This document shows positions 16,307 to 24,000 of a stretch of 24,000 nt of DNA, in pieces. The stretch comes from Zhenhengia yiwuensis (GTDB taxonomy: Bacteria > Bacillota > Clostridia > Lachnospirales > Cellulosilyticaceae). The stretch spans positions 62,401 to 86,400 of the forward strand of contig NZ_JACRSY010000017.1 in NCBI RefSeq assembly GCF_014384995.1. The letters are read 5' to 3'. A program made the translations under genes and the position numbers. How positions within the stretch are numbered: the stretch's first letter is position 1; each line of letters starts with the position of its first letter. The notes under the pieces are model-generated. The model was not told the origin of the DNA, did no database searches, and saw only the letters and a list, made by a program, of their open reading frames with translations.

Positions 16307-17290
16307 TTATTCATGCCTTCTTTCTGCATCCTTTGCACTATAATGAGTATCTTTTCTTTTTTTCTCTCCATTCACTACTTCAATATTACTCCTGCGTTTC
16401 ATCTCTTCTTGCACCTGTTCAAATACCTCAATAGGAATGATAGGTTCATGTGCCTCTTCCATAATAAATTGGTCTTGCTGCCCACGGTTGACTTTTTGTC
16501 TATTATTTGGAAACCCTGTAGTATATGTTTTACCTACCCGTACATTACCCATGTATTTTTCGTTCGTAAGCATGGTTTGAATGGTGCGTTTAGACCATCT
16601 CTCTTTGCCTGTAGGCGAATTGATATTCTTATCAGCTAACTCTTCCATAATCATATCTACACTATACCCACTTAGGTATAACTCAAAGATTTGCCTTACT
16701 ACAATCGCTTGCTCTTCATAAATCATTAGCTCTCCATCTTGGTTTTTTTTATATCCAAAGCATTTGCGTGTATAAAGCTTTGATCTTCCAGATTTAAATC
16801 CACTTTTAAATCCCCATTTGATCGCTTCACTTAATCCCTCACTTTCTGCTTGTGCGAATGCAGCGTGCACTGACATTATGAGCTCTGTTTCAGCATCACT
16901 TGTACTAATATTTTCCTGCTCAAAGCGTACCTCAACACCTAACCATTTTAGTTTAGTAACTGTCTCTAGTAAATCAACAGTATTTCTGCTAAATCGACTA
17001 ATTGACTTGACCAAAATGATATCAAATAGATTCTCATAACTATCAAGCATCATCTTATGAAATCCTGGACGAAAAGTATTCCTTCCGGTATCTTGATCCT
17101 CATAGACTCCATACAAAGTCCACTGAGAGTTGCATTTAACGACTTGCTCCAGACCATACTTCTGGGCTTTTAAACTTTCTTCTTGTATATCGCTTAGTGT
17201 ACTTACACGGCAGTAGATTGCCACTCTTTTATCATTTCTTACTGTGGGTGGCCTAACCTCTACATTACGTCTTCTATTGTTTTCCATCAT
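16307..17290 (-). CDS. Serine recombinase (resolvase catalytic domain plus recombinase domain), 327 aa, lacking the zinc-ribbon/coiled-coil domain of large serine recombinases
   Basis: Catalytic-serine motif VAIYCRVSTLSD, SISRFSRN motif, and recombinase-domain patterns (YTRKCFGYKK, SPTGKERWSKRTIQTMLTNEKYMG, HEPIIPIEVFEQVQ). The ORF stops at ..THYSAKDAERRHE*, about where the Zn-ribbon domain normally starts. Confidence 0.9.
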   Translation of the reverse strand: MMENNRRRNVEVRPPTVRNDKRVAIYCRVSTLSDIQEESLKAQKYGLEQVVKCNSQWTLYGVYEDQDTGRNTFRPGFHKMMLDSYENLFDIILVKSISRFSRNTVDLLETVTKLKWLGVEVRFEQENISTSDAETELIMSVHAAFAQAESEGLSEAIKWGFKSGFKSGRSKLYTRKCFGYKKNQDGELMIYEEQAIVVRQIFELYLSGYSVDMIMEELADKNINSPTGKERWSKRTIQTMLTNEKYMGNVRVGKTYTTGFPNNRQKVNRGQQDQFIMEEAHEPIIPIEVFEQVQEEMKRRSNIEVVNGEKKRKDTHYSAKDAERRHE

Positions 17291-17413
17291 AAGACCTCAT
17301 CATTTGTATTTTGACTAACTATCTTTTAAGTATTGCCACTTACCCAATACCTAGTCAAAATTTTCAACATGACGGCTACCTTTACAATTCGGTGAGATAA
17401 GTTAATGTTGCAA

Positions 17414-17917
17414 TTAGGCTACTTAACTAAGTAATAAGTAGTCTAAAACTGCATTTCCGTTTCAACTGCTCTTTTTCCCATTGTATGAATAACATATTTC
17501 ACCTTTTATTTTGTATTCTTAAGTTTATTTATAATTATATTAATGCATAAAAACGGACATCAAACTCGTTCATCACAATGTATCACATCACATACCTGAC
17601 ACCTTTAAAGCCTTTTATTTACAAGCTTTTCCCTAGCTTTCACTTGTGTTACAGTTCTGATATTCCCCCTTCGCTAAGTAGCTTTATAATAGGCTGCCAT
17701 AAGTTCCTTTTATCTCAATTCTAAGTTTTAATACATCTATATAAACTTTTACGCAAATATCCCTGATTTCGTTTATTAGTGTACCCCCCTATCCATGTAG
17801 GAACATATTTTTACCCAATTCCTCCCCAAAAACACATACAAAAAGGCTAGAGCAAATTGCTCTAGCCCTTGGTATTCCTTAGTTTTCTTTAACTAGGTAT
17901 GCGATTGTCTCAACGTG
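17414..17917. repeat. Direct repeat copy 2: rlmD 3' end plus downstream region, contiguous with the intact gene
   Basis: Hairpin TTAGGCTACTTA/TAAGTAGTCTAA (17414-17447) and block 17746-17917 match copy 1. About 300 nt between the two blocks (17448-17745) has no counterpart in the ~70-nt spacer of copy 1. Confidence 0.8.
17845..17867 (-). terminator. Rho-independent terminator of rlmD
   Basis: GGCTAGAGC-AAATT-GCTCTAGCC perfect stem, followed on the minus strand by TTTTTG. A slightly damaged duplicate lies at 14860-14882. Confidence 0.7.
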
Positions 17918-19246
17918 ATGTGTATGAGGGAACATATCTACGCAGCATACTTTCTCTACTTTATAACCAGATTGTTCGAATACTGGAAGGTCTCTTGCAA
18001 GGCTTGTTGGTTTACATGAAATGTAGAGAAGTTCTTTAGCATCAAAACCAATAATTTTATCTATTGCTTTTGGATGAATTCCTTCACGTGGTGGATCAAG
18101 TACGATAAGTTCTGGTTTCACGTGGAAGTTTTCTACTTCCTTAAGAACATCTCCTGCTACAAAGTGGCAGTTTGTAAGATCATTAAGTTTAGCATTTTCT
18201 TTAGCTTTTTCTACTGCTTCTTCTACAATTTCAATACCGTATACTTCTTTTGCTTTGGTTGCCATAATTTGTGCAATGGTACCTGTACCTGAATAAAGGT
18301 CAAATACTACTTTACTTGTGATATCTTGTGGCATATCAAGTGCTGTCTTATAAAGAAGTTCTGCACCTTTTGTATTAGTTTGAAAGAATGAGTAAGGAGA
18401 AATATTGAATTGAAGTCCTAAAATTGTTTCTGTAAAGGCATCTTTACCATAAAGTACTCTCGTAGAGTCTGGTTTAACAGCATCTGCAAGTGTATCAGAA
18501 TACGTATGAAGGATCCCTGCAATTTTGCCTTTTGTTCCTAAGTCTACAAGGTAGTTAGCAAGCTCTGTAAAGTCAAAGTCTCTTTGTGTCGTTGTAACGA
18601 TATTAATCAGAAGGTCTCCTGTTGTTTCAGAACGTCTTACAATAAGGTAGCGTAAGAAGCCTTCATGGATTTTCTTTTTATAGAATGATAGATTGAAAGA
18701 CTGTGCATAGCGTAATACAAATCTTAAAATCATATTAAAGTCTTCATCTACAATTTTGCAGCCATCTACTGTAATAATATCAAATGTACTATTTTTGCGG
18801 TGCATACCTAGTGTCATTGGGCCGTCTTTGCAGGCATCTCCAAAGGAGAATTCCATTTTGTTACGGTAAGCCCATTCAGATGGACTACCTAAAATCCCCA
18901 TATCTTCATATCCTGTAACACCAGCATTTTGAAGAAGTGTTTGAACTTGTTCATGTTTATGTTCAAGCTGATTTTCATAGCTTAAATGCTGCATAGCACA
19001 GCCACCACATAGACCAAAATATTCACATGAAGGTTTTACAAAATGAGCAGGGTTTTCAAGATGCTCTAGAGCACGTCCCTCCCATGTCCCTTTTCTTTTA
19101 CGTTGTAATCTTACGCGTACTTTCTGACCTGGAAATGTATCAGGTACTATAACAGGAATACGCTCTTCTTCTATATACATAATTCCTTTGTTAGGAAATT
19201 TTACTTTTTCAATTAGACCGTCGATAATTTCATTCTTTTTAGCCAT
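17879..19246 (-). CDS. rlmD: 23S rRNA (uracil-C5)-methyltransferase, RumA/RlmD (TrmA) family, 455 aa
   Basis: N-terminal TRAM-like region, Fe-S cysteines CEYFGLCGGCAMQH, SAM motif DLYSGTGTI, DPPREG, and catalytic-Cys motif YISCKP. Confidence 0.9.
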   Translation of the reverse strand: MAKKNEIIDGLIEKVKFPNKGIMYIEEERIPVIVPDTFPGQKVRVRLQRKRKGTWEGRALEHLENPAHFVKPSCEYFGLCGGCAMQHLSYENQLEHKHEQVQTLLQNAGVTGYEDMGILGSPSEWAYRNKMEFSFGDACKDGPMTLGMHRKNSTFDIITVDGCKIVDEDFNMILRFVLRYAQSFNLSFYKKKIHEGFLRYLIVRRSETTGDLLINIVTTTQRDFDFTELANYLVDLGTKGKIAGILHTYSDTLADAVKPDSTRVLYGKDAFTETILGLQFNISPYSFFQTNTKGAELLYKTALDMPQDITSKVVFDLYSGTGTIAQIMATKAKEVYGIEIVEEAVEKAKENAKLNDLTNCHFVAGDVLKEVENFHVKPELIVLDPPREGIHPKAIDKIIGFDAKELLYISCKPTSLARDLPVFEQSGYKVEKVCCVDMFPHTHHVETIAYLVKEN

Positions 19247-19350
19247 AAAGACTCCTTTGCATATATTTAGTTTAATAAATTGACTTTTTTATTGTTACAC
19301 ATTGCATTAGGATTTTCAAGTAGTTTCAGATAGACCATGAATGAATATAT

Positions 19351-19381
19351 AAAAAAGCTAGACATATGCCTAGCTTTTTTA
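19351..19381. terminator. Bidirectional rho-independent terminator
   Basis: AAAAAAGCTAG-ACATATGC-CTAGCTTTTTT lies immediately after the stop of the 107-aa gene in the minus direction. Confidence 0.65.
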
Positions 19382-19705
19382 CTATGCTTCTTGATGCAGA
19401 AGCGCATTTATTGTTTCTAAAATCTCAAACTCAAGCACACTATTAAAACCTTCCTCTTTGAGTGTCTTAAGTTGTTCTAACACACTATGGAGCTGCATAA
19501 AGTAATTCCATTCCCATTTTCCTTCTTCATAGGCCTTGAGCACTTCTTTTTTCTCTTCCCTAGCCTGTGCTACTGTTATCTCACCTTTTGCATATTGCAT
19601 ATATAATCCTCTAGAGGCAATATAGTAGGACTGTTCATAGGAAGCAAGCCCTTTAGGCATCTCTAAACCTTTTTTCGCAATTTTATCTAATTCTTTAACC
19701 GTCAT
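19382..19705 (-). CDS. Hypothetical protein, 107 aa, helical
   Basis: Clean ORF 18 nt downstream of the preceding gene, followed by a strong terminator. Confidence 0.65.
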   Translation of the reverse strand: MTVKELDKIAKKGLEMPKGLASYEQSYYIASRGLYMQYAKGEITVAQAREEKKEVLKAYEEGKWEWNYFMQLHSVLEQLKTLKEEGFNSVLEFEILETINALLHQEA

Positions 19706-19723
19706 AGTATCCTCTCATTCTCC

Positions 19724-20587
19724 TTAAGGATTTCTACTTTTAGTATAACAAAAAGGATATATTTTTTGAAGTTTTACTTTATAGGCTATTCCTTCCTTTA
19801 AGTTGAATGGCCATTCTAGTATTACAGTATTTGTAATTTCAATTTCTTCTTTGCAGGCCCTTTTTTTAATATCTTCCATAGCCTGGTGAGCACCTTGAAC
19901 AACGCCTGCCCTATCTAATCGACCTAATTCATAACCCATAATCACATTTTTTCTCGTAGCATTTAAAACTGTTTGGTTAAACTTTTCTACTACGCCATCA
20001 TTCATCATGGCAATAGCATGACGTACTTCATACTCTTCTTGCTGAATGGTTTGTAAAATGATACTCCAAATCCATTCTAGCATAGAGATAAGTTGGCTAT
20101 GGACACCTATTACAATGGCGTAATCAAAACTATTCTTTTCTATAGGAATGGCATGATAGATTGTCTTTCGATAAAGATGCTCAAGTACTTCTAATACCAC
20201 TTCTACTAAGCAGTTACACTTTATGTGAATACCCTTTTCCCTCACTTCATCTACTAAATAAGCAGCATATTGTCTATAATCTTCATCCGTTATGCCCACA
20301 AAATCTATAACTCTTGTATGAATATTTTTAGAATCGCCCAAGTTATAGCGATAGATAGCAGCTTGCATAGCGTTTTCATCTTGGTCTAATAAAGTAATAG
20401 ATTGAAAGTGACTGCTTAACCTTTCAAGATCTAAGTCATTGCATCTTCCTGCACCCCAAATAGCTAGACTTTGATTTGACAAAGTATGGGTGATAATATA
20501 ATCTGTTAGATCTTTTCTATAGTCTGTCCACTCTGTAAATGCATTGTCCATAACTTGGAGTGTTCGTAATTGATCATATAAATTCAT
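19724..20587 (-). CDS. Hypothetical protein, 287 aa, possibly Rossmann-fold/SAM-methyltransferase-like
   Basis: LAIWGAGRCNDLDL (GxGxxxD-like), then ITLLDQD (acidic end of beta-2), then DYAIVIGV. The fold assignment is tentative. Confidence 0.6.
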   Translation of the reverse strand: MNLYDQLRTLQVMDNAFTEWTDYRKDLTDYIITHTLSNQSLAIWGAGRCNDLDLERLSSHFQSITLLDQDENAMQAAIYRYNLGDSKNIHTRVIDFVGITDEDYRQYAAYLVDEVREKGIHIKCNCLVEVVLEVLEHLYRKTIYHAIPIEKNSFDYAIVIGVHSQLISMLEWIWSIILQTIQQEEYEVRHAIAMMNDGVVEKFNQTVLNATRKNVIMGYELGRLDRAGVVQGAHQAMEDIKKRACKEEIEITNTVILEWPFNLKEGIAYKVKLQKIYPFCYTKSRNP

Positions 20588-20666
20588 GTTTATAAAGCTC
20601 CTTGCTGTGGGATACTTTTAGATTAGTACCTCTTCTAAGTATAGCACAGGTTTAAGGAAAATAGGA

Positions 20667-21371
20667 CTAGAAGGTAAAAATCCATGCTTTTGGTATATAC
20701 TGTTCTATAATATGTTGATTTAAATTAAACCAGCTCATACATTTATCTAGTATAATCGCATCACTTGAAACAACACCAGGTAATTGCTCTAATACCCTAT
20801 CTACCTCACTCAGTACGGATACTGTGATTTGGGTAGGATAAGACTTGGCAAGCTCCATAATAAGCACTTTTAATCGCCCTGAATTAGATACAGGCTGGTC
20901 TAAATAAATCTTTGCTTCTTTTACGTGTAGGTTTCTGAGAGTCTGTAATATCAGTTTAATAGCTTGTTCTGTCTGAGTAATAATGCCATATGTCCCCCGT
21001 AAGCCTGCTAAATCTCTTAGTGTACCATCCATTCCTTTTATGAGGAGGGACCGAGATAAAGCGACTTCTAATGTAATGATTGTATTAAAGCCATCTATAT
21101 GCAGACAAGATGGAAGCAGCTTAGATGAAAGTTCCTTTTCTTTTCGTTTTTGTAGCTGCCAAGATGCCGAAGTCATTCTAACAAGTGCTAGACGCTGACG
21201 CTCAGATAATAAATAATGATTTCCTATAAAAGTCGAGGCCGATTTAATAGGATAATTTCTATTCACGAGATAATATAACTCTTCACTTGCCTGTTCTAAT
21301 GTATCTACCCATTGATTCCCAAATTCTATTTCATCTTTCACTACAAAACCACGTCTTACATTTTTACTCAT
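20667..21371 (-). CDS. Hypothetical protein, 234 aa, DUF434-like N-terminus with a possible PIN/NYN-like C-terminal domain
   Basis: ELYYLVNRNYPIKSASTFIGNHYLLSERQRLALVR resembles my memory of the DUF434 signature. IDGFNTIITLE..DGTLRDLAG resembles the associated C-terminal domain. Not verified. Confidence 0.6.
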   Translation of the reverse strand: MSKNVRRGFVVKDEIEFGNQWVDTLEQASEELYYLVNRNYPIKSASTFIGNHYLLSERQRLALVRMTSASWQLQKRKEKELSSKLLPSCLHIDGFNTIITLEVALSRSLLIKGMDGTLRDLAGLRGTYGIITQTEQAIKLILQTLRNLHVKEAKIYLDQPVSNSGRLKVLIMELAKSYPTQITVSVLSEVDRVLEQLPGVVSSDAIILDKCMSWFNLNQHIIEQYIPKAWIFTF

Positions 21372-21937
21372 TTAGCTCAATCCTTCTTTAGCTCTACTCT
21401 TATTATTAGAGACTAGTTTGCCATACTCTTATATACATTATCCATATAGATCTCTATTCACTTCTAATCATATGCCTAATGTACGAATCCCCCTAAAAGA
21501 ATTGGGGTGTTGAATAGGCTGGTGAATTGCTTGACCATTCATAGAATAAACTTTATAAGCTTTTTTATCTAATCGTTTTAGCGTAAAATAATAGGATATA
21601 CTGCTTAGCAGATGCTTTATAGCCTTATGGACTTTCTTCGATTTTTCTTCTATATTTCATTAGGTTTTCAGAGTAATATTTTGTATATCCACACTTTTAG
21701 GGGTTCTTTGCCTTTCTAATACATACAGCTCATGTATTCTATTTCTTTCCTTGTTCTTGTATGATTTAGTATTCCTATGTAGGGAGTATTTATGGGTATA
21801 ATCTCCTTTCTTAGCATAAAAAATACTCCTAGTAAAGTTTTTACTAAGAGCATCGTTTATTATTTGATTTATGAAATAACTATTCATTTGTTGAGTTTAA
21901 GACTATAACTGATAGGCTACTCGATAAAGTGGAATTT

Positions 21938-22450
21938 TTACAAATCAATATCCACTTTATATTCATCCTCTATTAAAATATAATTACAGTCATACTTTTT
22001 ACACATCTGCAAATTTTCCACATTTTCTTCAATCATTGATTCTATTGTACAATATGAATCATCAAGTCGACTTTCAATAGTATTCGCATATTTTTTGATA
22101 GCTGAAAAATGCTTTTCAATATACTCCTTAGTCATAACGAGACAATAAGACTGAATCTCTTTTAGATACTCATTATCAAAATCATTTTTCCAGTCGAAAG
22201 GAATATACACGCCTTCGACCACAAGGTTTTGTTGATTTTCAATTGCTGTTTTGATAATTTCTTTAACAATAGGCCACAGATAAGACACAAGTTCTTCGTC
22301 ATCCTCTGGTGTTAATTGGGTATTACCACTTCTAATAAGTCCCATTTTTAAGTGGTCAATAGATAGGTATGTGATGTTGTATTTTTCTAATATTTTTTGT
22401 GCTAATACAGTTTTCCCTGTATGAGAAGCACCCATAATTAAAATAATCAT
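21938..22450 (-). CDS. P-loop NTPase / small kinase-like protein, 170 aa
   Basis: Walker A at the N-terminus: IILIMGASHTGKTVLA. The size is typical of nucleotide/2-phosphoglycerate-kinase-like ATPases. Confidence 0.75.
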   Translation of the reverse strand: MIILIMGASHTGKTVLAQKILEKYNITYLSIDHLKMGLIRSGNTQLTPEDDEELVSYLWPIVKEIIKTAIENQQNLVVEGVYIPFDWKNDFDNEYLKEIQSYCLVMTKEYIEKHFSAIKKYANTIESRLDDSYCTIESMIEENVENLQMCKKYDCNYILIEDEYKVDIDL

Positions 22451-22454
22451 TGTT

Positions 22455-22901
22455 TTATTTCTCCATAAGATAATTTGTCAATAAAACGCCTTTTCTCTCT
22501 ACATGCTGTTCCTTAATAACTTTATATCCTCTTTTTTCAAAGAAAGATTTTGCCGTGATAGAAGCGTATGTGGTAATTGTGACTTTATTAGCTGCATGTT
22601 CCAATTCATTACAAATTGCAGTTGCAATCCCTCTGTTCTGGTAATCTTTATGAACATATAGTCGATCTAAATATCCCATCTTATCTATATCTCCAAAGCC
22701 GACTATAATATTATCTTCAACTGCAACAACTGTAAAATGTTCTAATAAGGACTTGTTCCATTCTTTTAAATTCACACTACCTGTTGCCCATGCATTCAAT
22801 TGTTCCTCTGTATAATCTTTTGCATTAACTGAATGAACAGTATCATAAAATAATTCTGTTAAATATTTGCAATCTGTTTCTTCATACTCTCTGATAATCA
22901 T
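22455..22901 (-). CDS. GNAT-family N-acetyltransferase, 148 aa
   Basis: Acetyl-CoA motif A: LYVHKDYQNRGIATAICNELE. I prefer the start at 22901 (MIIREYEE) with RBS AAGGAGG over 22919. Confidence 0.85.
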   Translation of the reverse strand: MIIREYEETDCKYLTELFYDTVHSVNAKDYTEEQLNAWATGSVNLKEWNKSLLEHFTVVAVEDNIIVGFGDIDKMGYLDRLYVHKDYQNRGIATAICNELEHAANKVTITTYASITAKSFFEKRGYKVIKEQHVERKGVLLTNYLMEK

Positions 22902-23035
22902 TTTCTTACCTCCTTTCAAACTCTACTTTATAGATCTATAAAATATCCACTTTGCAATCTACAATTTAGTATATTATAACAAATTAATCTTTTATTTACA
23001 CCTCAATTTAAATACTTACACTCAATACAATATCC

Positions 23036-23275
23036 TCAATTGCATCCAATATTCCTTCTAGCACTAGCAACACCCTGAGTTCCAATTTCATGCCCTAATC
23101 GTTCTTCTAAGGTTTGTTCAAATCCTTGTATTGGCATAATATTAGCCCACATTTGCTTTACCATATGCTCTTGTAGAATTGTTTGTCCTATAGAGTTAGT
23201 CGTTTCTGTGTAGGCTATAAATGTTATTCCTTTATTTAGTTTCCCTGCATCAAAGCGGATTATATCACCTACTTT
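23036..23275 (-). pseudogene. Start-less 79-codon gene fragment of unknown family
   Basis: Open frame KVGDIIRFDAGKLNKGITFIAYTETTNSIGQTILQEHMVKQMW..RRNIGCN* is bounded upstream by TAG, with no plausible start or RBS. Confidence 0.35.
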
Positions 23276-23398
23276 CTAAGCTTATTACTAATTAATGTAC
23301 TAATCTTAAAATAACCTAGTCATGCGTTAAGCTCATCCGAACTGGTGCAATAAGATATTTATCATGCTCCCCCTGTGTTAGAGTGATGACACAAGGTG

Positions 23399-23542
23399 TT
23401 AAAAGTGATCTAAAGCCTCTTTAACCCCATCATCCACGCCAAAATCATTAAGCCCATTCACCTTATACGCTTCATTTCCTTTTACAATTAGCTCATCCAA
23501 AGTTAATTCATATGATTCAGCTAACTGGCGTATTAACTTACT
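23399..23542 (-). pseudogene. Start-less 47-codon fragment, possibly the tail of an HTH protein
   Basis: SKLIRQLAESYELTLDELIVKGNEAYKVNGLNDFGVDDGVKEALDHF* is preceded by an in-frame TAA. A stop-riddled frame starting MKLSLEKRAF* lies at ~23817 downward. Confidence 0.3.
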
Positions 23543-23856
23543 TTACACATTGTAGCTAGTATCTTTAAGTACTTTCTGTTACCTCTCTTGTAGCAATTTC
23601 TTTATTCGAATCAGTTTGTAAAACTCATAGTTCATTTAATATGGATGTTTGATTTTACTTATCGTTTGTTGATGGATCTCTTTCATTACGGGCATCAATA
23701 CTCTAGCTTCTTCTTATGTTTGAATTGAGTATCAATCTGATTCACTTCATCTGTATAACCATTAATTTTATCTAGCTCATCTTTTTAGAAGGCTCGTTTT
23801 TCTAGTGATAATTTCATTTAAGTATTCTTTCTAGCTTAATTTTGAGTGGCGAATTG

Positions 23857-24000
23857 TCAAGTTAAGTGCAACACCTTTTCGTAATATACTTCATAGGGTG
23901 TTTTCCAGTTTAAGCATTTACGAGGTCGTTTATTTAACTCTAATACTTTTTCTTGAATGACATTATCGGGAGTATCTGTTATATCCATACTTTTAGGAAA
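23857..24000 (-). mobile_element. C-terminal 47 codons of an IS30-family transposase, cut by the window edge
   Basis: The minus frame reads FPKSMDITDTPDNVIQEKVLELNKRPRKCLNWKTPYEVYYEKVLHLT*. LNxRPRKxLxxKTPxEV is the characteristic IS30-family C-terminal motif. Confidence 0.6.

Noticed and set aside
15600-18292. Plus-strand ORFs 15600..15806, 16313..16639, 16818..17039 and 18074..18292
   Set aside because: They are antisense to the zinc-ribbon, recombinase and rlmD genes. No RBS.
20983-21198. 71-aa plus-strand ORF
   Set aside because: It is antisense within the 234-aa gene.
21660-21887. 75-aa minus-strand ORF (MNSYFINQIIND..)
   Set aside because: It has no convincing RBS. It is followed by an 11-codon ORF and further broken frames (..YFTLKRLDKKAYKVYSMNGQAIHQP..). 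It looks like part of a decayed gene, and I could not identify the family.
1-24000. Searched by eye for CRISPR arrays, tRNA/rRNA genes and riboswitch-like leaders, especially in the long non-coding stretches 2311-2622, 13996-14275 and 17291-17878
   Set aside because: I saw no regularly spaced direct repeats, no cloverleaf-compatible GTTC..GAAC arm patterns, and no conserved leader motifs that I recognise. These stretches are better explained as promoter, terminator and duplicated att-like regions.

Overview
AT-rich, Firmicutes-style DNA with strong GGAGG-type RBSs and almost every gene on the minus strand. I read it as a composite genomic island lying against the 3' end of a RumA/RlmD-type 23S rRNA methyltransferase gene (17879..19246). 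From left to right: (1) a phage/ICE-like immunity switch, made of a Cro-like XRE gene divergent from an XRE repressor plus ImmA/IrrE metallopeptidase, with clear divergent promoters and three operator-like repeats. (2) A complete Type I R-M operon, hsdM-hsdS-hsdR plus a DUF45/YgjP-like HExxH protein (13467..6756). It is followed on the same strand by three unrelated cargo genes (487, 404 and 214 aa), each preceded by a copy of one ~70-nt hairpin repeat. Two of the cargo genes are followed by decayed 3' fragments of the same PC4/YdbC-like small gene. The 487-aa and 404-aa proteins both end in a D..ExK..QxxxY (RecB/Cas4-like PD-(D/E)xK) signature and are my best candidates for undescribed defence effectors. 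(3) A 2.5-kb module holding a large-serine-recombinase gene that stops just before its zinc-ribbon/coiled-coil domain, a 118-aa ORF, and a 288-aa protein made of four zinc ribbons plus a coiled coil. The module is bracketed by two diverged direct copies of the rlmD 3' end and its downstream region. (4) rlmD and ordinary-looking genes (DUF434-like, Rossmann/MTase-like, P-loop kinase-like, GNAT), then decayed gene fragments next to the C-terminal end of an IS30-family transposase at the right edge. I saw no rRNA, tRNA or CRISPR array. All functional calls rest on motifs read by eye; no database search was possible.
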